From Candidatus Buchananbacteria bacterium (GTDB taxonomy: Bacteria > Patescibacteriota > Patescibacteriia > Buchananbacterales > UBA6539): a stretch of 64,000 nt of DNA. This document shows positions 9,537 through 19,480 of this stretch, in pieces. Made by a program: the position numbers and the translations under genes. The stretch covers positions 497,627-561,626 of the forward strand of contig JABWCG010000001.1 of assembly GCA_013359225.1 (NCBI GenBank). The letters run 5' to 3'. How positions within the stretch are numbered: position 1 is the stretch's first letter; each line of letters starts with the position of its first letter. The notes under the pieces are model-generated. The model saw only the letters and a list, made by a program, of their open reading frames with translations. It did not search any database and had not been told where the DNA came from.

Positions 9537-10331
9537 ATGAAACTAAAGACAATCAAGGAAATGTTTGATTTCAAAGGACAAACGGTTGTCGTAACCGGTG
9601 GCGCCAAAGGAATCGGCTATGGTATTGTCGAACGTTTCGTTGAAGCCGGCGCGAATGTAGTCATCAGCGATATTGACGACCAAACTGGTGAAACCAAAGC
9701 AAAATCATTAGGAAAAAAAGTTGCCTACATCCATACCGACGTCAGCCAAGAATCTGACGTTCAAAATTTAATTAAAACAACCGTTGAACGGTTTGGCAGT
9801 CTTGATGTCTTTGTTAATAACGCCGGGATCTTTCCGACGATGCCGGCTCTGGACATGGATGTTGAACTGTGGGAAAAAATTCAAGCCGTTAATCTGCGCG
9901 GTGTGTTTCTTTGCAGTAAAGAAGCTGCTAAAATTATGGTCGCCAAATCAGGCGGCGTCATCGTTAATATTGCTTCTATTGACGCACTCCACCCAAGCCA
10001 GCCGGGACTTTCTGCCTACGACGCTTCAAAACACGGCGTTTGGGGTTTCACCAAAAATTTTGCCCTGGAGGTGGCGCCAAAAAATATCCGGGTTAACGCC
10101 ATTGCTCCGGGAGGGATTGTCACCGAAGGCGTTGAAGCAATGACCCAAGGAGCAATCAAGGTATCTGACGCTCAAAGTGATACGATCAAACAGTTTGCCG
10201 CCAGAATTCCGATGGGCCGCATGGGTATACCAGACGACATCGCTAGTGTCACCTTATTTTTAGCCTCTGACGCCGCACGTTATATGACCGGCAGCATTGT
10301 CGTAGTTGACGGCGGTTATTTATTGACCTAA
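9537..10331 (+). CDS. Short-chain dehydrogenase/reductase (FabG-like).
   Basis: TGGAKGIGYGI Rossmann motif, NNAG, and a YDASK catalytic Tyr/Lys pair. Length is 264 aa. Confidence 0.85.
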   Translation: MKLKTIKEMFDFKGQTVVVTGGAKGIGYGIVERFVEAGANVVISDIDDQTGETKAKSLGKKVAYIHTDVSQESDVQNLIKTTVERFGSLDVFVNNAGIFPTMPALDMDVELWEKIQAVNLRGVFLCSKEAAKIMVAKSGGVIVNIASIDALHPSQPGLSAYDASKHGVWGFTKNFALEVAPKNIRVNAIAPGGIVTEGVEAMTQGAIKVSDAQSDTIKQFAARIPMGRMGIPDDIASVTLFLASDAARYMTGSIVVVDGGYLLT

Positions 10332-10332
10332 T

Positions 10333-10887
10333 ATGAGAATCTATAAGATTGCCCTATTTATTGCCGTTTTTCTGGGACTACTGATCACGAGTTTTGTTCT
10401 GCTTAAAAAAGAAGCCGACGAACCGGAAATGCGCTATGACGTTACTGTCAACGACTTTTCGTCTTGCGCCGAGGCCGGCAATATCGTGTTGGAATCATAC
10501 CCCCGACAATGTAAAACAACTGACGGCCGAAGTTTCACCGAAGATATCGGCAACGCGCTTGAGAAAGAAAGTCTTATTCGGGCTTCTTCACCTCGGCCAA
10601 ATGATCTTATTACTAGTCCGGTAAAAATTTCCGGCGACGCTCGCGGCACTTGGTTTTTTGAAGCCAGCTTTCCCATTGTCCTGTTGGATGGTAACGGTGA
10701 TGTTGTTGTCCAGCATTTCGCCCAAGCCAAAACCGATTGGATGACTGAAAATTTTGTAGCGTTTGAGTCAGAAGTAGTGTTCACCAAACCAACCACCAAA
10801 AACGGATTGCTGATACTAAAAAAAGATAACCCGTCGGGTTTACCAGAATATGACGATGAATTAATAATCCCAATCCGTTTTGAATAG
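10333..10887 (+). CDS. Hypothetical membrane-anchored extracytoplasmic protein.
   Basis: An N-terminal TM/signal anchor (IALFIAVFLGLLITSFVLL) is followed by a hydrophilic domain. No motifs were recognised. Confidence 0.5.
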   Translation: MRIYKIALFIAVFLGLLITSFVLLKKEADEPEMRYDVTVNDFSSCAEAGNIVLESYPRQCKTTDGRSFTEDIGNALEKESLIRASSPRPNDLITSPVKISGDARGTWFFEASFPIVLLDGNGDVVVQHFAQAKTDWMTENFVAFESEVVFTKPTTKNGLLILKKDNPSGLPEYDDELIIPIRFE

Positions 10888-10904
10888 TGTAAGTAAATAA
10901 ATCT

Positions 10905-10992
10905 GGAGAGATCGCATAGTGGTCTAGTGCGCACGCTTGGAAAGCGTGTAACCCGCAAGGGTTCGGGGGTTCGAATCCCCCTCTCTCCGCCA
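10905..10992 (+). tRNA. tRNA-Ser (anticodon GGA).
   Basis: GGAGAGATCGCATAGTGGTCTAGTGCGCACGCTTGGAAAGCGTG...long variable arm...GGGGGTTCGAATCCCCCTCTCTCCGCCA. The anticodon loop TTGGAAA gives GGA. CCA appears to be encoded. Confidence 0.85.
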
Positions 10993-11031
10993 GGACAATT
11001 TTTTAAAAGGAGTCGGGGCAGAATTATACAT

Positions 11032-11478
11032 ATGAAAAAAACTACGCTTCATAATCAGTGGCTTGTTAAAGCGCCTGTCGAAGATGTATTCAGACTAATA
11101 ACAGACTTCGAACAATTTCCAAAGCATTTCCCGAAGGTTGCCAAATCAATACAAATCAAAAAACAAGAGGGAAATTATTTAGAGATGGATGCAATCGTGG
11201 GGTCATTTGGCAAAGAATTTCCAGTAAGAATGAAAACTGAAATCCTTTCCGGCAAAGGGTTTATTTCAGACAATGATAGTTTTAAGTTTGGAACTTCTGG
11301 GCATGAAGAGTTATTGCTTTCCAAACATCCAGACGGTACCTTAATTGATTACACCTATCGTGTTTCAATTCATAAGGCATGGCTAAGAATAGTTGCGACG
11401 CCATTGATCCGCTGGTATTCAATGAAGTATTGGGAAAAAGCTGTGATAAATGAATTAAAAAAGGCACTTGAAAAGTAG
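11032..11478 (+). CDS. SRPBCC (START/polyketide-cyclase-like) family protein.
   Basis: ORF-track start 10927 lies inside the tRNA. ATG at 11032 is preceded by AAAAGGAG. The product is about 148 aa and its fold call is by composition and length only. Confidence 0.55.
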   Translation: MKKTTLHNQWLVKAPVEDVFRLITDFEQFPKHFPKVAKSIQIKKQEGNYLEMDAIVGSFGKEFPVRMKTEILSGKGFISDNDSFKFGTSGHEELLLSKHPDGTLIDYTYRVSIHKAWLRIVATPLIRWYSMKYWEKAVINELKKALEK

Positions 11479-11541
11479 CTGTCTAAATTCTAAAATTTCC
11501 AACCTATTCTGCCTTATTCCTGAAAATTCTTATCAATCACC

Positions 11542-11898
11542 ATGAATGACAGCACTAAAACTATAACTTTTGAAGATTTTGAAAAAGTGGACATTCGCGT
11601 TGGGAAAATTATTGAAATCTCTGATTTCCCCGAAGCGCGCAAACCGGCATACAAGCTCAAAATTGATTTTGGTCCGCAAATCGGGATCAAACAATCAAGT
11701 GTACAGGCAGTGGGCGCTCATACGAAAGAAAATCTTCTCAATTCGCTAGTGTGCTGCGTGGTAAATTTTCCGCCCAAACAAGTGGGTCCGTTTCAGTCGC
11801 AGGTCCTTACTCTTGGCTTTAAAAATACCGCCGGTGACGGCTGGGTTCTGATTGAACCAAAAAGTGACACCATAACGCTGGGAAGTAAGTTAGCTTGA
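11542..11898 (+). CDS. tRNA-binding domain protein (CsaA / Myf-domain type).
   Basis: KVDIRVGKIIEI...KLKIDFG...VVNFPPKQVGPFQSQVL matches the EMAP/CsaA tRNA-binding OB fold. Confidence 0.7.
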   Translation: MNDSTKTITFEDFEKVDIRVGKIIEISDFPEARKPAYKLKIDFGPQIGIKQSSVQAVGAHTKENLLNSLVCCVVNFPPKQVGPFQSQVLTLGFKNTAGDGWVLIEPKSDTITLGSKLA

Positions 11899-11933
11899 CT
11901 TCATCAGACACCCAAACGTATTTTCGTTTTAAA

Positions 11934-11958
11934 AAGCCCCGCTAGCAAGCGGGGCTTT
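11934..11958. terminator. Bidirectional rho-independent terminator hairpin.
   Basis: AAGCCCCGC-TAGCAA-GCGGGGCTT, a GC-rich 9-bp stem with A/T runs on both sides, lies between convergent genes 11542-11898 (+) and 11982-12719 (-). Confidence 0.6.
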
Positions 11959-11981
11959 AATGATATACAACCTTATACGGT

Positions 11982-12719
11982 TTAAAGCATTGAATCAATA
12001 ATTTGCTGGAAGGTGGCAATTGGATAAGCTCCCTTGACCAACTGATCATTAACGAAGGTTCCCGGAGTACCAGTAATACCAGCGGCTTGCGCTTCAGCGG
12101 CTTGCTGGTTAACTTTTCCGGCAAATTTACCAGTGTCTAAACAGCTGTCAAACTGAGACTGGTTTAAACCAAGCGTCTTGGCATAACCCTTAAGACTGGT
12201 CACATCCAAAGCACTTTGGTTAGCAAACATTAAATCATGCATTTCCCAAAACTTACCTTGTTCAGCAGCACATTCGGAAGCTTCAGCAGCTTTCTGGGCC
12301 TGCGGATGAATTGAATTGAGCGGGAAATGGCGGTAGACCAATCGAACGTCATCACCATATTGTTCAAGAACCTGTTCTAGCGTCGGCACGTGGCGCTGAC
12401 AGAACGGACACTGAAAATCGGAGTATTCAAGCAAAGTGATCTTTGCATTCTTATTGCCCTTGATATGGTCACTGTCTGTGACCGGAGCAGTTTTTGAAAC
12501 ATCTCCAGAAGCCTCTGGAGTTGGGGTCGGAGTTGGGGTCGGATTAACGTTGGCGTTAACTGCAACGTTAGTATTTTTGGCCGGAGCGTTATTGCTTGGT
12601 GATCCGCCGGCCAAAAGGACGACGAAACCAATAACGCTAACAATGGCAATCCCCCAACCAAGCCCTAAAACCAAACTCTGCTTAGACGACATATCAAAAA
12701 AATCTTTTTTGTCTGGCAT
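11982..12719 (-). CDS. DsbA-family thiol:disulfide oxidoreductase, membrane-anchored, with a Pro-Thr linker.
   Basis: N-terminal TM, a (PT)n linker NPTPTPTPTPE, and a CPFC active site in a thioredoxin fold (FQCPFCQRH). Confidence 0.8.
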   Translation of the reverse strand: MPDKKDFFDMSSKQSLVLGLGWGIAIVSVIGFVVLLAGGSPSNNAPAKNTNVAVNANVNPTPTPTPTPEASGDVSKTAPVTDSDHIKGNKNAKITLLEYSDFQCPFCQRHVPTLEQVLEQYGDDVRLVYRHFPLNSIHPQAQKAAEASECAAEQGKFWEMHDLMFANQSALDVTSLKGYAKTLGLNQSQFDSCLDTGKFAGKVNQQAAEAQAAGITGTPGTFVNDQLVKGAYPIATFQQIIDSML

Positions 12720-12786
12720 AATTTTTTTCTTAACTTGGTTAGTTAATTAATTATAAGTTACTTAATTGTACCAAAACCATTAAAAG

Positions 12787-14253
12787 CTAGTCAATTTTTG
12801 GCTTTCGCTTGTACCAATCGCACGCCTGCTCATAATTATACGCAGCTTTTAAGATTGTTGTTTCATCAAATTGCTTGCCAATCAACTGGAGTCCAACCGG
12901 CAGTTCCACCGCCCCGTCTTTAGGCTTAACAAATCCACACGGCACCGAAACAGCACAAACGCCCGCAATATTAACCGAAACCGTAAAAATATCGGCCAGG
13001 TACATTGTCAGTGGATCAGCAGTTTTTTCTCCAAGCCTAAACGCAACCGTCGGTGAAGTTGGCGTCAATAAACAGTCAACTTGCTCAAAAGCCCGGTCAA
13101 AATCCTGTTTAACCAGCGTTCTGACTTTCTGCGCCTTCAAATAATACGCATCATAATAACCGGAAGACAACGTATATGTTCCAAGCATAATTCGCCGTCT
13201 GATTTCCGCACCAAAACCCTGGGCTCTAGTTTCTAAATAATTATCAAGTAAATTTTTAGCATTGGCCGAATACCCGTAGCGAACACCGTCATACCGAGCG
13301 AGATTAGAACTTAACTCAGATGGCATAATAATATAGTACACTGCTAAACCGTACATCGCATGAGGCAAACTGACTTCCACCATTTCCGCACCTAAATCTT
13401 TTAACTTATCAATTGCTTTACGAACCGTTTTTTCCACTTCTGGATCCATACCATCAATAAAATATTCTTTCGGTACACCAATTTTAAGGCCTTTAATATC
13501 ACGTTTTATTTCTGAAGCGTAATCAGGAACCGGCACATCCAAAGTGGTTGAATCATACTCATCGCGACCAGCCAGCTGACCCAACAAAATCGCTGAATCC
13601 TCGACTGTCTTGGTTAGCGGTCCGACTTGGTCAAGTGAAGAAGCCATGGCAATAACTCCATAGCGCGATACTCGTCCATATGTCGGTTTTAAACCAACTA
13701 AGTTCGTTAAAGCAGCCGGTTGCCTGATTGAACCACCAGTATCAGTACCAAGCGAATAAATACATTGATGGGAGGCTGTTGCCGCAACCGAACCGCCGGA
13801 GCTACCACCTGGTACCCGCTCCAAATCCCAAGGATTTTTCGTTTTGGCAAAATATGAAGTTTCTGTTGAAGAACCACAGGCAAATTCGTCCATGTTGACC
13901 TTGCCTAGCATCACGCCAGATTGCTCCTGAATTTTTTCAATCACGGTCGCGGAATATGGCGGGATGTAATTCTCTAAAATTTTTGAGCTACAAGTCGTTC
14001 GCACGCCCTTGGTGCAAAAAATATCTTTGGCGGCATACGGAATTCCCGTTAACGGTTTTGAAAAATCTGCCCTCTGGTCGGCCTCCTTAGCCTGCGCCAA
14101 TGCCGAATCTTCAGTCAACGTCAAAAAAGCCTCAATTTTTTTATCGGTCTTTTTGATTTCGTCAAAACAAGCTTTAGTCAGCTCAACACTGCTAAATTCT
14201 TTTTTTTGCAAACCACTGCTTGCTTGAGCAATTGTTAATTCGTTAAGCTTCAT
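12787..14253 (-). CDS. gatA: Glu-tRNA(Gln) amidotransferase subunit A.
   Basis: Amidase signature GGSSGGS. Length is 488 aa. It lies immediately downstream of gatC. Confidence 0.9.
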   Translation of the reverse strand: MKLNELTIAQASSGLQKKEFSSVELTKACFDEIKKTDKKIEAFLTLTEDSALAQAKEADQRADFSKPLTGIPYAAKDIFCTKGVRTTCSSKILENYIPPYSATVIEKIQEQSGVMLGKVNMDEFACGSSTETSYFAKTKNPWDLERVPGGSSGGSVAATASHQCIYSLGTDTGGSIRQPAALTNLVGLKPTYGRVSRYGVIAMASSLDQVGPLTKTVEDSAILLGQLAGRDEYDSTTLDVPVPDYASEIKRDIKGLKIGVPKEYFIDGMDPEVEKTVRKAIDKLKDLGAEMVEVSLPHAMYGLAVYYIIMPSELSSNLARYDGVRYGYSANAKNLLDNYLETRAQGFGAEIRRRIMLGTYTLSSGYYDAYYLKAQKVRTLVKQDFDRAFEQVDCLLTPTSPTVAFRLGEKTADPLTMYLADIFTVSVNIAGVCAVSVPCGFVKPKDGAVELPVGLQLIGKQFDETTILKAAYNYEQACDWYKRKPKID

Positions 14254-14254
14254 C

Positions 14255-14545
14255 TTAAAAAACTGATTTAGTTCTGATCAAATTATCTTCAGAGTCCGGT
14301 GCCAACTGAATCATCTGCCCCCGGGCTTTTTTATCAAACTCTTTAACCTCATCAGGGCGCATCACATTTTCCAGACCGGTCACCTGGGCGGTTGGTTCAA
14401 CGCCGGTTGTATCAATCTTTTGCAACTGTTCAACATACTCCAAAATCGAAGAAAGCTGAGCAGTAAACTTCTCAACCTCTTGATCATTCAAACCAAGTCT
14501 GGCTAAATGAGCGATGTGTTTTACTTCTTGGGCCGTTAAAGACAT
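14255..14545 (-). CDS. gatC: Glu-tRNA(Gln) amidotransferase subunit C.
   Basis: 96 aa, begins [19 protein letters not shown], and directly precedes gatA. Confidence 0.8.
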   Translation of the reverse strand: MSLTAQEVKHIAHLARLGLNDQEVEKFTAQLSSILEYVEQLQKIDTTGVEPTAQVTGLENVMRPDEVKEFDKKARGQMIQLAPDSEDNLIRTKSVF

Positions 14546-14607
14546 AAATAAAGCTTTTTATTACCTCTATAGTATATAGACAAATACCTGGATTGGCAAG
14601 CCTGTTT

Positions 14608-16644
14608 TTAGGCTCTAGATTCAAGCAAATCAAGCAATTCATCCTCGGAAATCACCCGAACTCCCAAGGCCTTAGCTTTGGCCAATTTTGAGCCTGGCGC
14701 CTCGCCAGCCACTACATAATCGGTGTGTTTAGAAACAGCCGACACCCAGTCACCGCCCGCGGCCCTGATTCGTTCTTTGACTTCGTCGCGACTCATTGAA
14801 GCGAGGGTCCCGGTGACCACAATTTTTTTACCCATCAGCTTTGTGGCGGTTACTCTCTTTTCCGGCGAAGTGATTTTTACACCCAAAGCCAACAATTCAG
14901 AAATTAATTTTTGATTTTCTTTCTCCTGAAACCATTGATAGATGCTTTGGGTCACTACCGGACCAATATCCGGCAATGCCTCAAGGTCCTGCCGCTTGGA
15001 AGACGCTATTTTTTCAATCGAACCAAAATGCTTAGCCAAATCAATTGCGGTCTCCTCGCCGACATGCTGGATACCCAACGCGTAGATGAACCGAGCTAAT
15101 GGTATATTTTTTGCCCGATTAATTGCTGTAACCAGATTGTCAGCCGATTTGTCAGCAAAGCGTTCTAGACTAACCAAATCGTCTTTTTCCAGCCGAAAAA
15201 TATCGGCCGGGGTTTTTAACAAACCCTCCTCCATTAACTGAGCAATAATCTTTTCCCCCAGGCCATCAATATTAAATGCCTTCTTGGACACAAAATGGAC
15301 CATGCGACGCTGCTGCTGAGCAAAACATTTTGGATTGCTACAGTACCAATCAACGCTTTGAGTTTCACCTTTTTGAGAAATCTTTTTTTGCTCTACTGCA
15401 AAACCACACTCCGGACACCGCCGAGGCATCTTAAACGGTTTTTCACCGCCGGTTCTCATTTTATCCAAAACCGAAACAACTTCGGGAATAATATCGCCGG
15501 CCTTTCTGATAACCACCGTGTCACCAATTTTTACGCCCAAGCGCTTGATTTGATCTTCATTATGAAGTGTTGCCCGCTTAACCGTCGTACCGGCCAATTT
15601 AACCGGGCGCAAATGAGCTACCGGCGTCAAAGTGCCCAAGCGGCCAACCTGAACCTGAATGTCTTCAATAACCGTAGTCACTTCCTCGGCCGGAAACTTA
15701 TACGCCACCGCCCAACGCGGTGCCTTGCCGACATATCCCAATTGCCGCTGTAAATCAACATCGTTAATTTTTACGACAACTCCGTCAATCCAATACGGCT
15801 CGGCCGCACGGCGGTGCTGCCATTGATCATGAAACGCCAAAACGTCTTTTAAATTTTTACAAATTTTATAATGTGGATTTACCTTAAAACCCAATTTTTT
15901 CAATGCCTCAAGTTCGTCGCGCTGGGTTGTTGGTCGTAATTCTTTGCCGCCCGACCAATCATAGACAAAACAATCAAGTTTGCGCTGAGCAACCACTTTC
16001 GGATCAAGTTGACGGATTGTTCCGGCAGCCGCATTGCGCGGGTTGGCAAACTCAGGCAGACCGTCGCGAAGGCGCTGTTTATTGATTTCCACCAATTGTT
16101 TTTCGCTCAACCAAATTTCTCCCTCAACAATCACATCAACAGGCTTAGTAAGTTTAAGCGGAATGCTTTGAATCGTTTTAATATTCTGAGTCACATCTTC
16201 GCCGATCAAACCGTCGCCCCTGGTGGCCGCAACCTTCAACAAACCTTTTTCGTATGTTAACACCACGTGCAATCCGTCAATCTTTAACTCACAAACATAC
16301 TCCAACTCCAAACCGGAATTGCCAGATTTCTCTAAAATTTTTAAGCTACGTTCTTCCCAATCGCGTAACTCACTTTCTGAAAACACGTCATTAAAAGACC
16401 ATTGTCGAACTTGATGTTCCACTTTAGTAAATTTGTCCAGCGGCTTGCCGCCGATTCGAGATAACGGTGAATCATCACGCTTGAGTTCCGGAAACTGTTT
16501 TTCCAATCCTGCCAATTCCCGCTGTAATGAATCATAAATTGCATCAGTAACTGTCGGATCATCCAAAACGTGATAGCGGTAACGCAAATCATCAATCTGC
16601 TCAACCAGCTTATCAATTCTTTTTTTTGCCGTTTGTTTATCCAT
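14608..16644 (-). CDS. ligA: NAD-dependent DNA ligase.
   Basis: Adenylation motif KIDGL (CELKIDGLHVVLTYEKG), a Zn finger CPECG...C, a HhH region and a C-terminal BRCT. Length is 678 aa. Confidence 0.9.
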   Translation of the reverse strand: MDKQTAKKRIDKLVEQIDDLRYRYHVLDDPTVTDAIYDSLQRELAGLEKQFPELKRDDSPLSRIGGKPLDKFTKVEHQVRQWSFNDVFSESELRDWEERSLKILEKSGNSGLELEYVCELKIDGLHVVLTYEKGLLKVAATRGDGLIGEDVTQNIKTIQSIPLKLTKPVDVIVEGEIWLSEKQLVEINKQRLRDGLPEFANPRNAAAGTIRQLDPKVVAQRKLDCFVYDWSGGKELRPTTQRDELEALKKLGFKVNPHYKICKNLKDVLAFHDQWQHRRAAEPYWIDGVVVKINDVDLQRQLGYVGKAPRWAVAYKFPAEEVTTVIEDIQVQVGRLGTLTPVAHLRPVKLAGTTVKRATLHNEDQIKRLGVKIGDTVVIRKAGDIIPEVVSVLDKMRTGGEKPFKMPRRCPECGFAVEQKKISQKGETQSVDWYCSNPKCFAQQQRRMVHFVSKKAFNIDGLGEKIIAQLMEEGLLKTPADIFRLEKDDLVSLERFADKSADNLVTAINRAKNIPLARFIYALGIQHVGEETAIDLAKHFGSIEKIASSKRQDLEALPDIGPVVTQSIYQWFQEKENQKLISELLALGVKITSPEKRVTATKLMGKKIVVTGTLASMSRDEVKERIRAAGGDWVSAVSKHTDYVVAGEAPGSKLAKAKALGVRVISEDELLDLLESRA

Positions 16645-16646
16645 AC

Positions 16647-17579
16647 TTATTTCACAATTTCTTCTTCTGAGAAAATCACAAAGTCGTACAGTCCGGAAAG
16701 CGGCGGCCTAATCGGCGTACGCACTTTAAGCTCTTGGTGCGAACTGCCAAAATCAGCCTGAGAGTTGATAATCAACCGGCTTGGAATATCAAGCCGATTA
16801 CTAATCGGATCAACATCAGTTGCCTTATTAAAAATTGACAAGTTAAACTGCCCGGCCGCGGCATCCGGCAAAATTGAATTACTTACCCTTAGAATATATG
16901 AACAATTCGGATTAATCGACGGGTCGCCGCTATAAACATTCACTAAATAGGTTGAAGATCCGCTACTGTTGATAATAATATCTCCGCGAGTAATCGCCGG
17001 CTCAGGCGGCGTAAATACGTTTGGATTGCAGTCCAGCGTCCCGCCGACTAGCCAGGTGACATTGCTTAATTCAGCTGCCAGCGTACTGCCTGGCGTGCCG
17101 GTTATTTCAAAAGATTCCATTCCGACTTCAAAACCAGCCACCTGATATGGATTGAATAAATCAATTTGGAATGATTCGCCAATATTCAAAAAAATTGAGA
17201 CTTGCTTTTCATTAGTTACTGCAATATCCCACTGCCCGGGCAAGCCGGATAAGTTGCCCTCGTTTAAACTAATACATGGCACCGAATTACTGGGCGTAGT
17301 CAACGAACAGTACCCGGTAATCTGGCAAGTGGAGCCGGACTGAATTTTTGAGCAGTCTTCGGGTTTGACCGCTTCCTTGCGTCTTGTTTCATATAGCGCG
17401 CGTTCGGCACCACTTTCGGCCAAATAATATGATTGAATCGACTGATCAATCAGTCGGGATTGCCGAATTTCACTAATAATCAAATTACTAAAAACAACCG
17501 CCGTCGCTAATACCGAGGCGATAATTAAGATAGCCAGAATTAATACCATGCCCGATTGTTTTTTTTCTGTTCTTGCCAT
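16647..17579 (-). CDS. PilX-like minor pilin / pilus assembly protein.
   Basis: N-terminal TM followed by a PilX_N-like segment VVFSNLIISEIRQSRLIDQSIQSYYLAESGAERAL. It sits within the minor-pilin block. Confidence 0.5.
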   Translation of the reverse strand: MARTEKKQSGMVLILAILIIASVLATAVVFSNLIISEIRQSRLIDQSIQSYYLAESGAERALYETRRKEAVKPEDCSKIQSGSTCQITGYCSLTTPSNSVPCISLNEGNLSGLPGQWDIAVTNEKQVSIFLNIGESFQIDLFNPYQVAGFEVGMESFEITGTPGSTLAAELSNVTWLVGGTLDCNPNVFTPPEPAITRGDIIINSSGSSTYLVNVYSGDPSINPNCSYILRVSNSILPDAAAGQFNLSIFNKATDVDPISNRLDIPSRLIINSQADFGSSHQELKVRTPIRPPLSGLYDFVIFSEEEIVK

Positions 17580-17582
17580 AGC

Positions 17583-18338
17583 TTAACGCTTATACACACG
17601 GCTTGATGTCGTGGTTTGAAGGAAAATTCTTTTTTGATCTTCAGGTTTGCCGCCAACTGATTCAAACCCCAAAACCATTGTTACCCTCGGCTGGACATCA
17701 AACGGCAAACAAAGACCGAGGTTGTCGTCGGCGCCTCCCAATGCGGCGTCATCGCAGCTTTGTGTCCCGCATGAAGACAACACATCAGCGTCCGGGTTAC
17801 AAATGCAAAATCCCGTCAGACCGGAATTATCATTGACCGTACAACTGATTGTATTGTTCAAACAGCCATTCGCCGCCGGTTTTAATGAGTCGTTGCACCT
17901 TTCCTCGGCAAACGGATTTGTCACCGGATCAATATAAAAACGCAGGCTGACAATTTTTACTTCATTAACATCAGTCATTGCCGACTCCTGGCCATTTGCT
18001 AATAATTTCACTTCGCCGCCGGATAAATAAAAAATATAATTATTGCCGTCCTGATCAATCAACGACAATTCTTGTTCAAAACCGGCAATCCCGGTTTCAC
18101 CATCGCCGTCATATACATAACTATAATCAATTTCCGATGTCCGGATTTTACGGACAATCGTCTCGGCAACATACCGCAAATTTGCCAGGGTCTGCTGGCG
18201 AAGTGAAGACTGGCGCTGAGAATTAAGCGCCAATAAAAAAACATTTACAATCACCACCATTAGTATCGAAAAAATACCAAGAACAACTAGCATCTCAATC
18301 AGGGTGAACCCTTGGTTTTTTTGTTTATTTCCACTCAT
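17583..18338 (-). CDS. Type IV minor pilin / pseudopilin (PilW-like).
   Basis: Prepilin N-methylation leader GFTLIEMLVVLGIFSIL. Confidence 0.6.
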   Translation of the reverse strand: MSGNKQKNQGFTLIEMLVVLGIFSILMVVIVNVFLLALNSQRQSSLRQQTLANLRYVAETIVRKIRTSEIDYSYVYDGDGETGIAGFEQELSLIDQDGNNYIFYLSGGEVKLLANGQESAMTDVNEVKIVSLRFYIDPVTNPFAEERCNDSLKPAANGCLNNTISCTVNDNSGLTGFCICNPDADVLSSCGTQSCDDAALGGADDNLGLCLPFDVQPRVTMVLGFESVGGKPEDQKRIFLQTTTSSRVYKR

Positions 18339-18891
18339 ACATCAAAGCTTCAACGGCGACTTGGCGGTTTCGACCGCTTTCCTGCCAGGTCACGACTGAC
18401 CGCGCCTTAAGGCCAATTTTCTGTTCGCCGCTGTCACAACTGGTTTTAATTAAATCTTCGCCATCACTATTTTGACAAATTGATTGTAAACCAATTCTTC
18501 GAGAAAATAAGGAAGGTTGACCAAGCGCCGGATCGTGGCTGTAAACACCGCTTGTTGAGAGGTACAGCCGATCTTTACCTGGCACAATATTAAAATCTAG
18601 CTCCCAGCTGTTATTAGCCTCACTAAAAACGACCAGCGCTTCCGAACCGCCAACAAGACCAGCATCCCAATTAGTGCCGGAAAGCCAATTAGAATCTCTG
18701 ATATTTCTAATAACTTCAAGACCTTCACGCGCCAAATTATTACCAACAACTTGCAGTTCGCTTTGGCGCTGGCCAATCACATTTGAGGTCGTCAGAGCTA
18801 ATACCGCCGAAACAACCATAACCATAATTCCAATAGCAAAAACAGCTTCTAATAATCCCTGGCCTCTTTGCTGTTTAATCCCGACGGTCAT
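18325..18891 (-). CDS. PilV-like minor pilin.
   Basis: Leader QRGQGLLEAVFAIGIMVMVV is PilV-type. It has a 14-nt overlap with the downstream gene. Confidence 0.55.
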   Translation of the reverse strand: MTVGIKQQRGQGLLEAVFAIGIMVMVVSAVLALTTSNVIGQRQSELQVVGNNLAREGLEVIRNIRDSNWLSGTNWDAGLVGGSEALVVFSEANNSWELDFNIVPGKDRLYLSTSGVYSHDPALGQPSLFSRRIGLQSICQNSDGEDLIKTSCDSGEQKIGLKARSVVTWQESGRNRQVAVEALMYEWK

Positions 18892-19480
18892 ATAAATTTC
18901 CGGTTACGCCCCCGCTCAACAATGAAACCATAAAAAATGCCTGCTGATTAGTACGGGAACTTTTTATTACCCCTCCAATATGCTTAAAATCGCTGCCGGC
19001 GTCATAATTGGCGACTGCGCCGCCAGTCTCGTCAAAAATTACTTCCAAATAATTGCCCGCGTCTTCCCAGCCGCTTTGACACGGTAATGTCGTAATCTCG
19101 TCAGTAACCGCACCACATAAATCAATGAGGGTAATATCTTTAAAATTAAGCGTTTGTGCTGGAATCAATTCACCATCCGAAAAACCGTTTGCTGACTGAT
19201 CTAAAGCTGCATACATCTGCGCCGTACTAGGCGAATTCAAATTCAAATAAACACCATATCCACCGTCAGGAAAAGACTGATTAGCTAATAGCTGACCCCC
19301 CAAACTGTAGTTACGAGCGACTTTAAAAAGATTAACTAGCCGCTTGTTTGAAACGTCAATCTCGCCGCTGAATTGCGCTGTCCGAAAATTAGCCAGCACA
19401 TAGCTAAACATAATAATGATGATAACAGCCGCCACCATCAGATCAATAAGCGTAAATCCGCGCGAAGTAGTCTGTTTCAT
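18875..19480 (-). CDS. Type IV minor pilin (FimT/GspH-like).
   Basis: Prepilin leader SRGFTLIDLMVAAVIIII. Its start overlaps pilD by 4 nt. Confidence 0.6.
   Translation of the reverse strand: MKQTTSRGFTLIDLMVAAVIIIIMFSYVLANFRTAQFSGEIDVSNKRLVNLFKVARNYSLGGQLLANQSFPDGGYGVYLNLNSPSTAQMYAALDQSANGFSDGELIPAQTLNFKDITLIDLCGAVTDEITTLPCQSGWEDAGNYLEVIFDETGGAVANYDAGSDFKHIGGVIKSSRTNQQAFFMVSLLSGGVTGNLYDRRD

Noticed and set aside
9784-10143. Plus-strand and antisense ORFs of 60-180 aa nested inside larger genes. Examples are 9784-10143, 12436-12750, 15295-15753, 10434-10958, 35872-36186 and 38652-39056.
   Set aside because: They lie entirely within or antisense to strongly supported genes, have no RBS or motifs, and show the skewed composition expected of frame-shifted reads of real coding sequence.
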